DNA from: Candidatus Latescibacterota bacterium
GTDB taxonomy: Bacteria > Latescibacterota > UBA2968 > UBA8231
Assembly (NCBI GenBank): GCA_965217585.1
Contig: OZ244561.1
Location: 3,392,001-3,456,000 of the forward strand
Reading direction: 5' to 3'
DNA length: 64,000 nucleotides
In this document: in pieces, positions 38,822 to 47,473 of the stretch
Numbering within the stretch: position 1 is the first letter of the stretch
Layout of the letters: each line of letters begins with the position of its first letter
Program-made: the position numbers and the translations under genes
The notes under the pieces: model-generated
Database searches by the model: none
What the model saw: the letters and a program-made list of their open reading frames with translations, nothing else
Told to the model about the DNA's origin: nothing

Positions 38822-39778
38822 ATGTCTTTCAAGTTCGTCTTTCTGTCACCCGCCAGCGAACTAGCCGCTGCGATGTCCGAAGCGGTCCCCACGATGGAGA
38901 TCGTCCACTGCGAAAGCCGCGCCGAAGCTCTAGCCGCTCTTCCCACGGCGCAAGCCTGTTTCGGCACCTTGGACCCTGAGCTGTTGGCCGCGGCCGCTCA
39001 GCTCAAGTGGTTGGCCGCCCCAGCCGCCGGCCCGCCCAAGGGGTATTACTTCCCGGAACTCATCGATAGCGACGTGGTGGTGACCAATTTCCGCGGCATC
39101 TTCAACGATCACATCTCGGCCCATATCATGGCCTTTGTGCTGGCGCTTTCGCGCGGTATGCACTACTACTTCCGCAACCAGTTCGCCGGCCATTGGCGCA
39201 GCGGAGGGGAATCGAGTCCCGCGACCTACCTACCCGAAGCTACCGCGCTGATCGTCGGCGTCGGCGGGATTGGTGCAGAGACCGCGCGCCAGTGCAAGAA
39301 CTGGGACATGACGACCATTGGCATCGACCCCCGCGTTGAGTCGCCGCCGCCGGGCGTTGACGAGTTATACCGCCCAGACGCGCTCAACCAGCTCCTGCCG
39401 AGGGCGGATTTCGTGCTAGTCACTGCGCCGCAGACGCCGCAGACCGAGGGCTTTTTCACCAGCGCCCAGTTCGAGCAGATGAAGACCAGCGCGTACTTCG
39501 TCAACATCGGTCGCGGCGCGAACGTCAAGTTGGCCGACCTCGATCAAGCCCTGCGCGAAGGCCAGATCGCCGGTGCCGCCCTAGATGTGTTTGAGGAGGA
39601 GCCGCTGCCGCCGGAGCACCCGCTGTGGACGGCCCCGAACTTCCTGATGACCCCGCACGTGGCCGCGGCCGGCCCTTATCTGAACGAGCGCCGACGCGAC
39701 CTGTTGGTGGAGAATTGCAAACGCTTTGCCTGCGGCGAGGCGTTGGTGAATGTGGTGGATAAAGGAAACTGGTTCTGA
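38822..39778 (+). CDS. D-2-hydroxyacid dehydrogenase family protein
   Basis: GVGGIG, VNIGRG, ALDVFEEEPL and TPHVA motifs. Confidence 0.95.
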   Translation: MSFKFVFLSPASELAAAMSEAVPTMEIVHCESRAEALAALPTAQACFGTLDPELLAAAAQLKWLAAPAAGPPKGYYFPELIDSDVVVTNFRGIFNDHISAHIMAFVLALSRGMHYYFRNQFAGHWRSGGESSPATYLPEATALIVGVGGIGAETARQCKNWDMTTIGIDPRVESPPPGVDELYRPDALNQLLPRADFVLVTAPQTPQTEGFFTSAQFEQMKTSAYFVNIGRGANVKLADLDQALREGQIAGAALDVFEEEPLPPEHPLWTAPNFLMTPHVAAAGPYLNERRRDLLVENCKRFACGEALVNVVDKGNWF

Positions 39779-39781
39779 GTG

Positions 39782-40405
39782 CTAAGGCAGCGTGCCCGCG
39801 ATGAGCAGGTACGAGTCGGCTGTGACCTCGCCGTCAATTTCCCACTCTTTGAGCTCGCCGCCGAGCTTCTCGACGACCTTCTCGCTCAGCGAGTGAAAGG
39901 GCGGGCGGCCCGGATCGGCGATGATGATCTGCCCGACCCCGACCCCGATCGCCTTTTTGATCAGCTTGTAGAGCGGCGAGACCATTTCGTCCCAGAAGCA
40001 AATATCGGCCCCGATGATCAGGTTGGTTTGGCGCAGGTCTTTCCTTTTTACTTTCTCAAACTTGCAGCACCAGGTCTCTATCTCGACTTCGTTGATCTCG
40101 GCGTGTAGCTGCAAGTAGGGAAAGACCGCCGCATCCGCGTCCATTCCCGTGACGTTGGAACCGTGGTTTTTGGCGCAGTATATCCCGGCGAGACCCCAAC
40201 CGCAGCCGATATCCAAAACCTGCGTCTTTGGCGGCAGACCCTGGTGCGAGAGGAAGTCCATTACGCACCAACTCACATTCCAGAATTTGTTGCCGTAGAT
40301 GCAGGGTTCGTGCTTCTTTTTTTCTGCGAGCACCCGGGGGTCAGCAGCTTTGAGTACCGTGATGCCATACGCCTGACGCGAGGTTTTCTTTTTTTCTTTA
40401 GCCAT
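39782..40405 (-). CDS. Class I SAM-dependent methyltransferase (Methyltransf_16-like)
   Basis: G.K.W..S, VLDIGCGWGL, IIGADIC and IIADPGR motifs. Confidence 0.85.
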   Translation of the reverse strand: MAKEKKKTSRQAYGITVLKAADPRVLAEKKKHEPCIYGNKFWNVSWCVMDFLSHQGLPPKTQVLDIGCGWGLAGIYCAKNHGSNVTGMDADAAVFPYLQLHAEINEVEIETWCCKFEKVKRKDLRQTNLIIGADICFWDEMVSPLYKLIKKAIGVGVGQIIIADPGRPPFHSLSEKVVEKLGGELKEWEIDGEVTADSYLLIAGTLP

Positions 40406-40459
40406 TTCGCTCTGTTATTTCCTACAGGGAAGTTGGATTTTCTCGCAGTACCCCAATCC

Positions 40460-41239
40460 TTAGAATCCCCACACGCGCGCCGCGGTTTTACCCATGACCC
40501 ACTCGATATCGTCGCCGTCGGCAAAGGCCGGATGTTTGAGGACGCCGCGCAGCGCATTGGTGTAGCCCTCTCTGCCAGCACTGGGCGGGAAGTCGCTGCC
40601 CCACATCATGCGTTGCACGCCGAATGCGTCCTTGGCCATCTCGAAAAGTGGCGGTACGTGGTCGAATTCGAGTTCGGGCAGCAGGCGCGGTGGGCGGGCG
40701 CAGATTTCGCCTAAGCCGGGGACTTTGATGCTGGTGTTGTCGCGCTCGCCCTGTTGGAGGGCTTTGGCGTACTCGGCGTAGGGCGGCTCGGCAATGCCCA
40801 CGCCTGCGAGATGTTCGATAGTGACGTGCGTGTCGGGGCACGCATCGAGCACGCGCGAGAAGTCATCGGCAGCGAACTGGGGTGCCATGCCGATGCTTGA
40901 GACTACGAGGCCGAGTTCGCCGGCTCTGCACCACATGTCGTAAGGGCCTGCGTTGGCGAACTGGCCATTCGGGGCAATGCGCACACCGGCGGCCCCTTGC
41001 GCTGCGAGCCGTGCAAGATCGCCGAGTGGATCGCGCGACTCGGGATCCACTAGGACCGCAACTTTGAATCGGCCCGATCGTTTGGCGGCTTCTTGGAGGA
41101 GATAGGCGTTGTCGTATGTGCCGCCGTGTTGGATGAGTACGGCCTTGTCAACGCCGTTGCGATCCATTTCAAACTCAAGTGTCTCGATAGGCTCGAACCA
41201 GTTGTTCCCGGCGTGGCAGTGCGTGTCGATTATCAGCAT
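40460..41239 (-). CDS. Amidohydrolase_2 family metallohydrolase (sugar lactonase-like)
   Basis: IIDTHCH, IEHLA and RMMWGSDFP motifs. Confidence 0.9.
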   Translation of the reverse strand: MLIIDTHCHAGNNWFEPIETLEFEMDRNGVDKAVLIQHGGTYDNAYLLQEAAKRSGRFKVAVLVDPESRDPLGDLARLAAQGAAGVRIAPNGQFANAGPYDMWCRAGELGLVVSSIGMAPQFAADDFSRVLDACPDTHVTIEHLAGVGIAEPPYAEYAKALQQGERDNTSIKVPGLGEICARPPRLLPELEFDHVPPLFEMAKDAFGVQRMMWGSDFPPSAGREGYTNALRGVLKHPAFADGDDIEWVMGKTAARVWGF

Positions 41240-41354
41240 TTGAAGTTGTCTTTCAATCGGAGATATTTGTCAATCGCGCAGCTTTTGAAATGATTCAACT
41301 TGCTTCTAATACTTGACCATGTCAAAGGCATGCCGTTGTTCGGTCACTCATCCA

Positions 41355-42719
41355 CTATCTGCCCAGACGGTCCAAGACATTGCGTGTGATCTGTGCCACC
41401 GGACCGCCGTTCCGGTAAAGACCGTGCGCCCACTCGATGGTTGCCGCGGTGAAGACAATCCCCTTGAACTCCGTTTCGTTGACCGCGACGGTGGCGTAGA
41501 ACCGGTCCTGGTGGATCCCCAGGTCCGCGTTGAAACCGTGGTCCTCCGCGTCCCCGATCGCGATGATCTGGTAATGCGGGCTGATTCCGTCATGGCCTGT
41601 AAATCGCGGTTTCCCATCCTTGAATTCGATGTCACCGCCGTCGCATTCGACCCCAACGATCGAGTCTGCCCGGCCAAACTCGTCCCCTTTTCCCAGCCCG
41701 GTTCCTGCGAACGCCCAGTGGTCGGGCTGGGTCACGCGGAAGAATCCGTATTCCCCGGACGTCGGGGCAACAATCTCGCCGGGAACCTTGCTCTTGGCGT
41801 TGACAGCAGCCGTATAGGAAACGCCAATGGTGCGCTGACGCAGAGTATCGATTGCGCGGAGAAAGGATGTTTCGGGGTCCTCTGGCGTCCCGAGCGGATG
41901 CTTTTTGTACCGGCTCTTAGCACAGTAAAGCTGGCGTCCGTCGGCCCTGGTCTCCACCAAGTGCGAGAAAGAGTTACCGGCGAACACCATCAGGTTGCCG
42001 CCACGTGCTACAAACCGCTGAAGCTGCTCGCATTCTTCGCGGCTGGAGTACTCGCCATGACAGATCCTGAGGTGTGCAGGGTAGTCATCTAGGAGATCCG
42101 GCTGCCGATCGTGGTCGGCGTTGACGCAGTAGTCTACCTGGTACCCCTCGGCGTCGAGCCATGATGTGAAGAACTGATCCCAGGCATAGAACCCGCCCAT
42201 GATGTCCGGCTGCAGGGGTCGCTCAAAGGTCACTAGGTCGCTGTGAGATCGGTCGGTAGACAGATAGGGGAAGAGGCATTTGCCGCCCACGGTGTTATAG
42301 GCGGCATAGGTATTGGTCTCGATCGTCAGGAGAATCGGCGCGCTGGGAACACACGGGCGAACGACGAAGAGGATTTCCCGGGTCCCCTGTGCGGTGGGGA
42401 AACTGGCGATGTAAACGCCGCTCTTCCAGTCGCGAGGCACCCGGAACGAGACCGTCGCGGGCCAGGCGAATCCGTCCCGATAGCCAAACTCGGGGACCGG
42501 GGGAAGCCCGCCACGCAGGTCGTTTATCTCCTTTACCAGACGCCGTTTTGCCCCTTCGTGGAACACAAATACATCGTAGTACGATCTGGAATTCGATATA
42601 TGGAACGTTACCTCATCTCCCTGACACACACTTAGCGGGCTGGCATAGCCGCCTTCTCTCAGCTTCCAGTACCGGGTTGCGTCCTGTTCGTAATGGGCAA
42701 AAATGTGTTCGCGTTTCAT
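41355..42719 (-). CDS. N,N-dimethylformamidase beta-subunit-like protein
   Basis: GYA...SV..GD.V.FH.S, W.SGVY, TY.AYN..GG, V.F.RP, H.EY, GG.L..F.GN, HW.F.GTGL and VG.E.D motifs. Confidence 0.8.
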   Translation of the reverse strand: MKREHIFAHYEQDATRYWKLREGGYASPLSVCQGDEVTFHISNSRSYYDVFVFHEGAKRRLVKEINDLRGGLPPVPEFGYRDGFAWPATVSFRVPRDWKSGVYIASFPTAQGTREILFVVRPCVPSAPILLTIETNTYAAYNTVGGKCLFPYLSTDRSHSDLVTFERPLQPDIMGGFYAWDQFFTSWLDAEGYQVDYCVNADHDRQPDLLDDYPAHLRICHGEYSSREECEQLQRFVARGGNLMVFAGNSFSHLVETRADGRQLYCAKSRYKKHPLGTPEDPETSFLRAIDTLRQRTIGVSYTAAVNAKSKVPGEIVAPTSGEYGFFRVTQPDHWAFAGTGLGKGDEFGRADSIVGVECDGGDIEFKDGKPRFTGHDGISPHYQIIAIGDAEDHGFNADLGIHQDRFYATVAVNETEFKGIVFTAATIEWAHGLYRNGGPVAQITRNVLDRLGR

Positions 42720-42744
42720 TTGAAATCCAGCATGAGGGACGTTC

Positions 42745-43155
42745 TCACCGTAGCCAGTGGAGAAAGTCCTTTGGGTTTATCTGCACGTTGTCGCATGGCT
42801 CAACGGGATCATATGATACCCACTGCTCATCGTCGAGTTGCTCGAAAGAAGCCGACGGTACGGTGTACAAGAATCCAGGCTTAGACGTGTCGAGGGAGCC
42901 TGCTTCTAAGTGAATCTCAGGCTCGTCCGCTTGAAATGATACTCGAAAGCTAAGGTTATTATTCTCGTTCGGGATGAACGGCAGGGAAAATACTATGGCG
43001 AGATTTTGAATATGGGTAGCATAGACGGCGTGCAAACGGTCTTTTTCTGGTCCCACTCCTCTCGCCGGACTAGGTTCGATACGATCAAGTTTTTCAGGAC
43101 TTCCGTGATAGAGGTAACGTGGTTTGGCGATCTGCATTCCGGTTTCTGCTAACAA
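42745..43155 (-). CDS. Hypothetical protein (YLYHGS..VYAT motif, possible ADP-ribosyltransferase-like fold)
   Basis: Clean ORF with lower GC; YHGS, VYAT and G.LY motifs. Confidence 0.55.
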   Translation of the reverse strand: MLAETGMQIAKPRYLYHGSPEKLDRIEPSPARGVGPEKDRLHAVYATHIQNLAIVFSLPFIPNENNNLSFRVSFQADEPEIHLEAGSLDTSKPGFLYTVPSASFEQLDDEQWVSYDPVEPCDNVQINPKDFLHWLR

Positions 43156-43261
43156 TCACACCCACAAGGGATCGAGGAAGCTCGGCATCGATGATAAAAC
43201 GCACAGCGATCAGGACAGGATAGCCTCTTTGCTGACAAAAAAGATACGAAAGATGCAATAG

Positions 43262-43621
43262 CTACTCCAGGAAGAACAAGGCATTCGCCGGGTTCGCATG
43301 TGGAGCCGGGGCGTCGATACTCAGCGCTTCCACCCCCGCCACCGCGATCTGCAGATGCGGACTCGCCTTAGCGGCGACCAGCCCGAGAAAAATCTGCTGC
43401 TCTACGCCGGCCGTCTAGCACCTGAGAAACAGGTGGAGACGCTCCTGCCCGTGCTCCAAAGCCGCCCCCACCTTCGCCTCGCGTTGGTGGGCGACGGTCC
43501 GGCTCGAGGCAAATTGGAAAGTCTATTCGCTGACACTGGGCCCGTGTTCACTGGCTACCTGCGCGGCACGGACCTTTCGCAAGCGTATGCCTCGGCCGAT
43601 TGCTTTGTTTTTCCCTCTACC
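43262..43621 (+). pseudogene. Internal fragment of a GT4 glycosyltransferase (SqdX/MgtA-like)
   Basis: WSRGVD..RFHP, LLYAGRLAPEK, LVGDGP and AYASADCFVFPST motifs. No N-terminal domain, and homology stops before the E-x7-E motif. Confidence 0.8.
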
Positions 43622-43809
43622 GTAGCTGGGGTACGGCGCGATCCAAATGGTCGCGGTCATGCCGGACAATCTCGATTGGCAGAGATCCACCGCTGCGGTG
43701 GGGTTGAGTAGTCGCCGGTTGGGTGTGGAGCTACGTCTAGGCGACTCCCTGTAGATGAATGCTTGTTTCTCGCTCAGTAGCCCATCGGACCGCTGTCGGC
43801 TAGCGGAGG

Positions 43810-44290
43810 CAAAGTCGACGAACCAGGGAAAGCCCTTGCGCCGCACCTGCCGCCCTACACTGCATAGTAAAAAAGCCTCGGACGGTAAAGATCGCCCGCC
43901 CAAAAACACTTGGTCTCGCCCCGGGCGCGGATGGCTCGCAAAGCGCTCGAGGTCAATGCCGTTGGGTATGATGTGCAGCTTGGCCGAGTCTAGCCCTCGG
44001 TCTAGGCACGCCTGACCGGTAGCCGCACTCACCGCCACTACGGCGTCCAGCCGCGTAAAGGCCTGCTCCAAAGTCCACTGGTAAGGAGGGAAAGACCACA
44101 AGGCGTCCAAGCCGTGGGCAATGGCCACCGTTTTGACTCCCGAATCGCGCAACAGCCGCTCTAGTGGCACCGCTAAAACGCCGCAGATGAGCGAAGAGAA
44201 CAGCACCACATCCACGGCCTTCTGCTCTATGTTCTCGGATGGGATTCTCTGGTCGGAGCAGTCAGGCTGGAACCACTCGGGCCGCTTCAC
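43810..44290 (-). pseudogene. Internal fragment of a second GT4 glycosyltransferase
   Basis: AHGLD, VAVS..T, IIPNGID and SVGRQVRRKG motifs, after which homology is lost; N-terminus missing. Confidence 0.75.
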
Positions 44291-44322
44291 TTCTCCCGCT
44301 TGGCCCCTTTAACTCCCGACGC

Positions 44323-44972
44323 CTAGAAGCCAAAGTTGAGCAAGCCAGCCATCCACAGACTAGCGCCTAGAACGGCCCCGGCCATAGTCTGAGCCGGCGA
44401 TCCCAGATAAATCCGCGCCCATGCCACCACCGGTACGATCGCTAACAACCAAGAGGAAGTCAGCCCTAATAAGTAGAACCCCAATACGGCCAAACTTGCT
44501 ACTGCGGTGCAGTGGGCGCTGATCTTCCAGCGCAGGGTTATGCCGAGAAACAAGACGAGTTGGATCAGATTGAGAGCCGCTAAAAGTACCAGCAGACGCG
44601 GGGCCGATGCACTGTAGAGCAGCCCTAGGGAAAGAGGGCTGGTCAGCAAGGCGGCTACCAAGGGGCGGAAACGCTCGGATCGCACATTGAGATGGGGATC
44701 GCTCACCCACCCCCGGTGGTAGAGATAGACGATGTAGAGGGTGGGTAGTGCAGCCGTCAGCAGGATGTGGATTCCTCCCCACAGCCAAGCGTCGGGCCGG
44801 TTCAGACAGGATGAGGCCAATAGAATGCAGACCGCCGATACCAGAGGGGGGCTAAGGATTTGGGACAGAATCTGGGCGATGTGATAAGGCAGCGGTAGGG
44901 CCGCGCCTTTGGACAGGACAGTCGGCTGAGAAATGGCCTTAGATCTTCGTTCTTGGATCAGAATACACTCAT
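44323..44972 (-). pseudogene. PAP2-like membrane protein, probably frameshifted near its start
   Basis: WKISAH and WAR..L motifs. The RBS-linked ATG at 44972 is out of frame with the body (ATG AGT GTA TTC TGA), and the body frame is open up to it. Confidence 0.55.
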
Positions 44973-45065
44973 GGGAATGTCCTCATTAATAAAAGTAGTG
45001 CTTATCTGTGGGTGTTTGGTGACACGACTTGAAGATCTGATGACCATCTTGTTAAGAATTAGACA

Positions 45066-45096
45066 GTCCTCGGTTTGAGTCCGGGAGGCGACTCCA
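45066..45096 (+). other. Degenerate tRNA-like 3' remnant (T-arm, acceptor strand, CCA)
   Basis: CTCGG-TTTGAGT-CCGGG T-arm followed by AGGCGAC-T-CCA. No matching 5' acceptor strand upstream. Confidence 0.45.
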
Positions 45097-45250
45097 ATAA
45101 AAACAAGGAGTTATGACAAACATACCATAGCGGCGAAAAAGTCGTGTCAGCAATATGTCAGCAATAAGTAGAAGGAATCCAATGCTACGTATGCTGTTCA
45201 AGCTGTTGTCGCTATTCGGTCGTGAGCCTCTTTGAAATCTGAGAGAACCG

Positions 45251-45289
45251 AAAAAACCCCGTGCCGGGAGATTTGGCACGGGGGTTTTT
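45251..45289. terminator. Bidirectional intrinsic terminator
   Basis: AAAAAACCCCGTGCC-gggagattt-GGCACGGGGGTTTTT. Confidence 0.9.
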
Positions 45290-45315
45290 AATAGCCCTCG
45301 TCAAAAAAATTATTT

Positions 45316-45391
45316 GTCGGGTAGGCGGAGCCTGTCACCAGTTCCCGCCCCCCTCAGAACCGTGCGTGCGACTTTCACCGCACACTGGGTC
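45316..45391 (-). mobile_element. Group II intron 3' remnant (domains V and VI)
   Basis: Minus strand reads GACCCAGTGTGCGGTGAAAGTCGCACGCACGGTTC-TGAGG-GGGGCGGGAACTGGTGACAGGCTCCGCCTACCCGAC: DV with GAAA tetraloop, DVI with bulged A, and an ..AC 3' end. No RT ORF. Confidence 0.85.
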
Positions 45392-45427
45392 CCGTGTGGC
45401 CAGGTTTCGCCTCAGCCGCAAGAAAAA

Positions 45428-45955
45428 TCAAAAATCGGAATTATTCTGTTTTAAGGTTTTGATTTGTCCCCACGAGGTCTCGTCCACAACCGTAGCCTGA
45501 TTGGTTTCTGAACAAGGAGCCGACGAACACAAACAACTTTCCTGCGTCTTGTCGTTGATATGGTAGCTGGTGCATAACCGGTATGGCTCGTCCGGGTTAA
45601 AATCCTCGCACAGTCTGGAGCGGCCGCAGCTAAAATTCTGATCCGTTGCATTGTCTGGCGTGACCAACGAACAGGGAGTAGAAGAATATTGCCTGTCCGC
45701 TATATACAGATTGCACTCCCAATCTAAGGCAAACGTGATCCAAGCATATTTCGGATATGGTGTATTTCTATCTATATATTCCCAAGAACAAAAACGATGA
45801 TCGGGATTTAAGCCACAATCGAAGCATTGATCCCAGAACATCTCGCCACAATAGACCCTGTCGTGTTCGGCTTGGCCCAAGTTGATCGAAAGCAGGAGCA
45901 CAAGCACCGTGAGGATCGTTGCAGCTTGCAACGTGCGTAGTATTGATTTGTTCAT
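45428..45955 (-). CDS. Secreted Cys-rich (12 Cys) protein with C-terminal TVVDETSWGQIK tail
   Basis: RBS AAGGAGG, signal peptide GQA|E, lower GC. Confidence 0.75.
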   Translation of the reverse strand: MNKSILRTLQAATILTVLVLLLSINLGQAEHDRVYCGEMFWDQCFDCGLNPDHRFCSWEYIDRNTPYPKYAWITFALDWECNLYIADRQYSSTPCSLVTPDNATDQNFSCGRSRLCEDFNPDEPYRLCTSYHINDKTQESCLCSSAPCSETNQATVVDETSWGQIKTLKQNNSDF

Positions 45956-46038
45956 TTGTGTCCTCCTTCGTTTAGGTTGAGGTGGGAAGGCCAAGCATGG
46001 GACGGGAGTGCGCGGGTCGTTGCCCGGGCACGTGGTCG

Positions 46039-46130
46039 CTATTCTTCCTCCACCGTCGTTTCTTCGACCGGCTCCGGGTATTGGGGTACGAGTTGACCTC
46101 GCGGATCTCGCAGCCGACTACCAGAGGCAA
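46039..46130 (-). repeat. Repeat B copy 1: frameshifted relic of the small GCEIR lipoprotein
   Basis: Reads LPLVVGCEIREVNSYP / 1-nt shift / YPEPVEETTVEEE*. Homologous to 48551-48620 and 51449-51610. Confidence 0.75.
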
Positions 46131-46193
46131 AAACGTCCGTCCGCGTGGTTAGTCGATAGGGTCGGGTTCCTAGTCGTCACGTACTAACCGGTT

Positions 46194-46702
46194 CTACTCT
46201 ACGCGGTAGCGAAAAAACTCGCCGTTTCCCCAAGGGAGCAATCCATAGATAAAGCAGTCAGCCTCGTCGGCCGCTACTGTCGGGTAGTTGCTTTGCAAGC
46301 GATGTACTAGGTGGCGCTCCACCCATTCAAACCTGAAAATAAACACCGTCTCATCTACCAGTCCGGTTCGATAGGTCTCTATGAGGATGATGTCGGACTG
46401 CTCGCCGGCATCGGGGAATCGTCCGTAGAGCGGGTCATTCCTGTACAGATACCCTTTATGCTCCTTGCCCCATTGTATCGGAGCCGAAAACTGTGCGATA
46501 GGTTCTTCGCCGATCTTGCCGAACAAATAGGTGAGCTTATCGGCAATCATGCACAGAGACGTAGTTCTCCCGTCTGAGGTCTGCCGGTTGAACCACGTAG
46601 GACCTATGCACCTGTGCTGCACGAGCGATCGGGCTCGTGAGCTAGCGGAGGATCCGCTGAGCAGGACGCCAGCAGGAGAAGGGCAACGGATAGGTAGCGC
46701 AT
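46194..46702 (-). pseudogene. Frameshifted hypothetical lipoprotein
   Basis: MRYLSVALLLLASC signal (ATG 46702) stops after 32 codons; the body continues in the 46194..46622 frame. Confidence 0.55.
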
Positions 46703-46747
46703 GTCGGGGCCGCGCGACCGCGGATCCTTTCTGAATACACCGTTGAT

Positions 46748-47320
46748 TTAAAACCCCACCAGCACAATAAGCCGAGGAGAGGGTATCTGCACCCTCAGAG
46801 TCCTTATCTCATTAGTTGCGACATTATGAGGGTCGTCCCCGTCTGGCAAGTTCTGGCTCTGGTATTCAATGTCGAGCTCGAGCCCTTGTCGCAAGGCTAT
46901 GCCCACTCGGTTGACCGGACGCCAGAGGACGCCGAAGCCGAGGCCGAGGCCGAAGTCCCATTGTCCCGTCCCAAACTCGCGCTCATCTCCCCAGCGTCTT
47001 TCGTGTCCGTCGAAGAAAGCCGACTGGTATCCGAACCATGAGACTTTTTTGCTCAAGGAGGCCAGCTTCTTGCGCGTCAGCGAGATCCGAGCCGACAGCG
47101 TGTTTTCCTCTATCTCGCCGCTGTATGATCCGAAGTCGATAACCTCATTGGTCCCCCTCAACCGTTCCAGTTCGACGCCCCACATAGTTCGGGTCATAGG
47201 ATTAACATGCCACAGGCTGATCCCTCTTTCAAGGATACCTAGGCCGACGGCTCCGTCAGCGGACGACGCGCTCGGGGATAGGGTAATGAGCAGGAACGAT
47301 AAGTGCTTCAACATCACCAT
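46748..47320 (-). CDS. Small outer-membrane beta-barrel-like protein
   Basis: RBS GAGGAGG, signal peptide, amphipathic strands (WDFGLGLGFGVLWRP, VGIALRQ), C-terminal Phe. Confidence 0.65.
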   Translation of the reverse strand: MVMLKHLSFLLITLSPSASSADGAVGLGILERGISLWHVNPMTRTMWGVELERLRGTNEVIDFGSYSGEIEENTLSARISLTRKKLASLSKKVSWFGYQSAFFDGHERRWGDEREFGTGQWDFGLGLGFGVLWRPVNRVGIALRQGLELDIEYQSQNLPDGDDPHNVATNEIRTLRVQIPSPRLIVLVGF

Positions 47321-47428
47321 CCTCCTCTCTTGTAGTGATTCACCGCCTCACAGTAATACCATCTGGCGGTGTATTACTTAAACACCTCCAGCGGGGCGGG
47401 GCGTTACCTGTGCGGTGGATTTTTGTCG
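47321..47428 (-). repeat. Repeat C copy 1 (about 108-bp leader ending in an RBS)
   Basis: Near-identical to 52097-52226, which carries an extra ~22-bp insert. Confidence 0.9.
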
Positions 47429-47443
47429 CCAATCCCTTCCGAT

Positions 47444-47472
47444 ACCGGCGGCCAGCAGCCGTCGAGAAGGCA
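47444..47472 (-). repeat. Repeat A copy 1 (~30-bp imperfect palindrome)
   Basis: ACCGGCGGCCAGCAGCCGTCGAGAAGGCA immediately after the stop of 47474..48550. Confidence 0.8.
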
Positions 47473-47473
47473 G

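Noticed and set aside
45020-45096. Intact tRNA gene
   Set aside because: No D-arm, anticodon arm or complementary 5' acceptor strand, and the T-loop is mutated.
45316-45955. Active group II intron, retron or DGR
   Set aside because: No reverse transcriptase ORF in the window, the DV triad is degenerate, and no adenine-specific TR/VR pair was seen.
47357-47373. Resemblance of TACCATCTGGCGGTGTA to phage lambda operators
   Set aside because: Short match, no phage genes nearby, and it is interrupted in the second repeat copy; likely chance.
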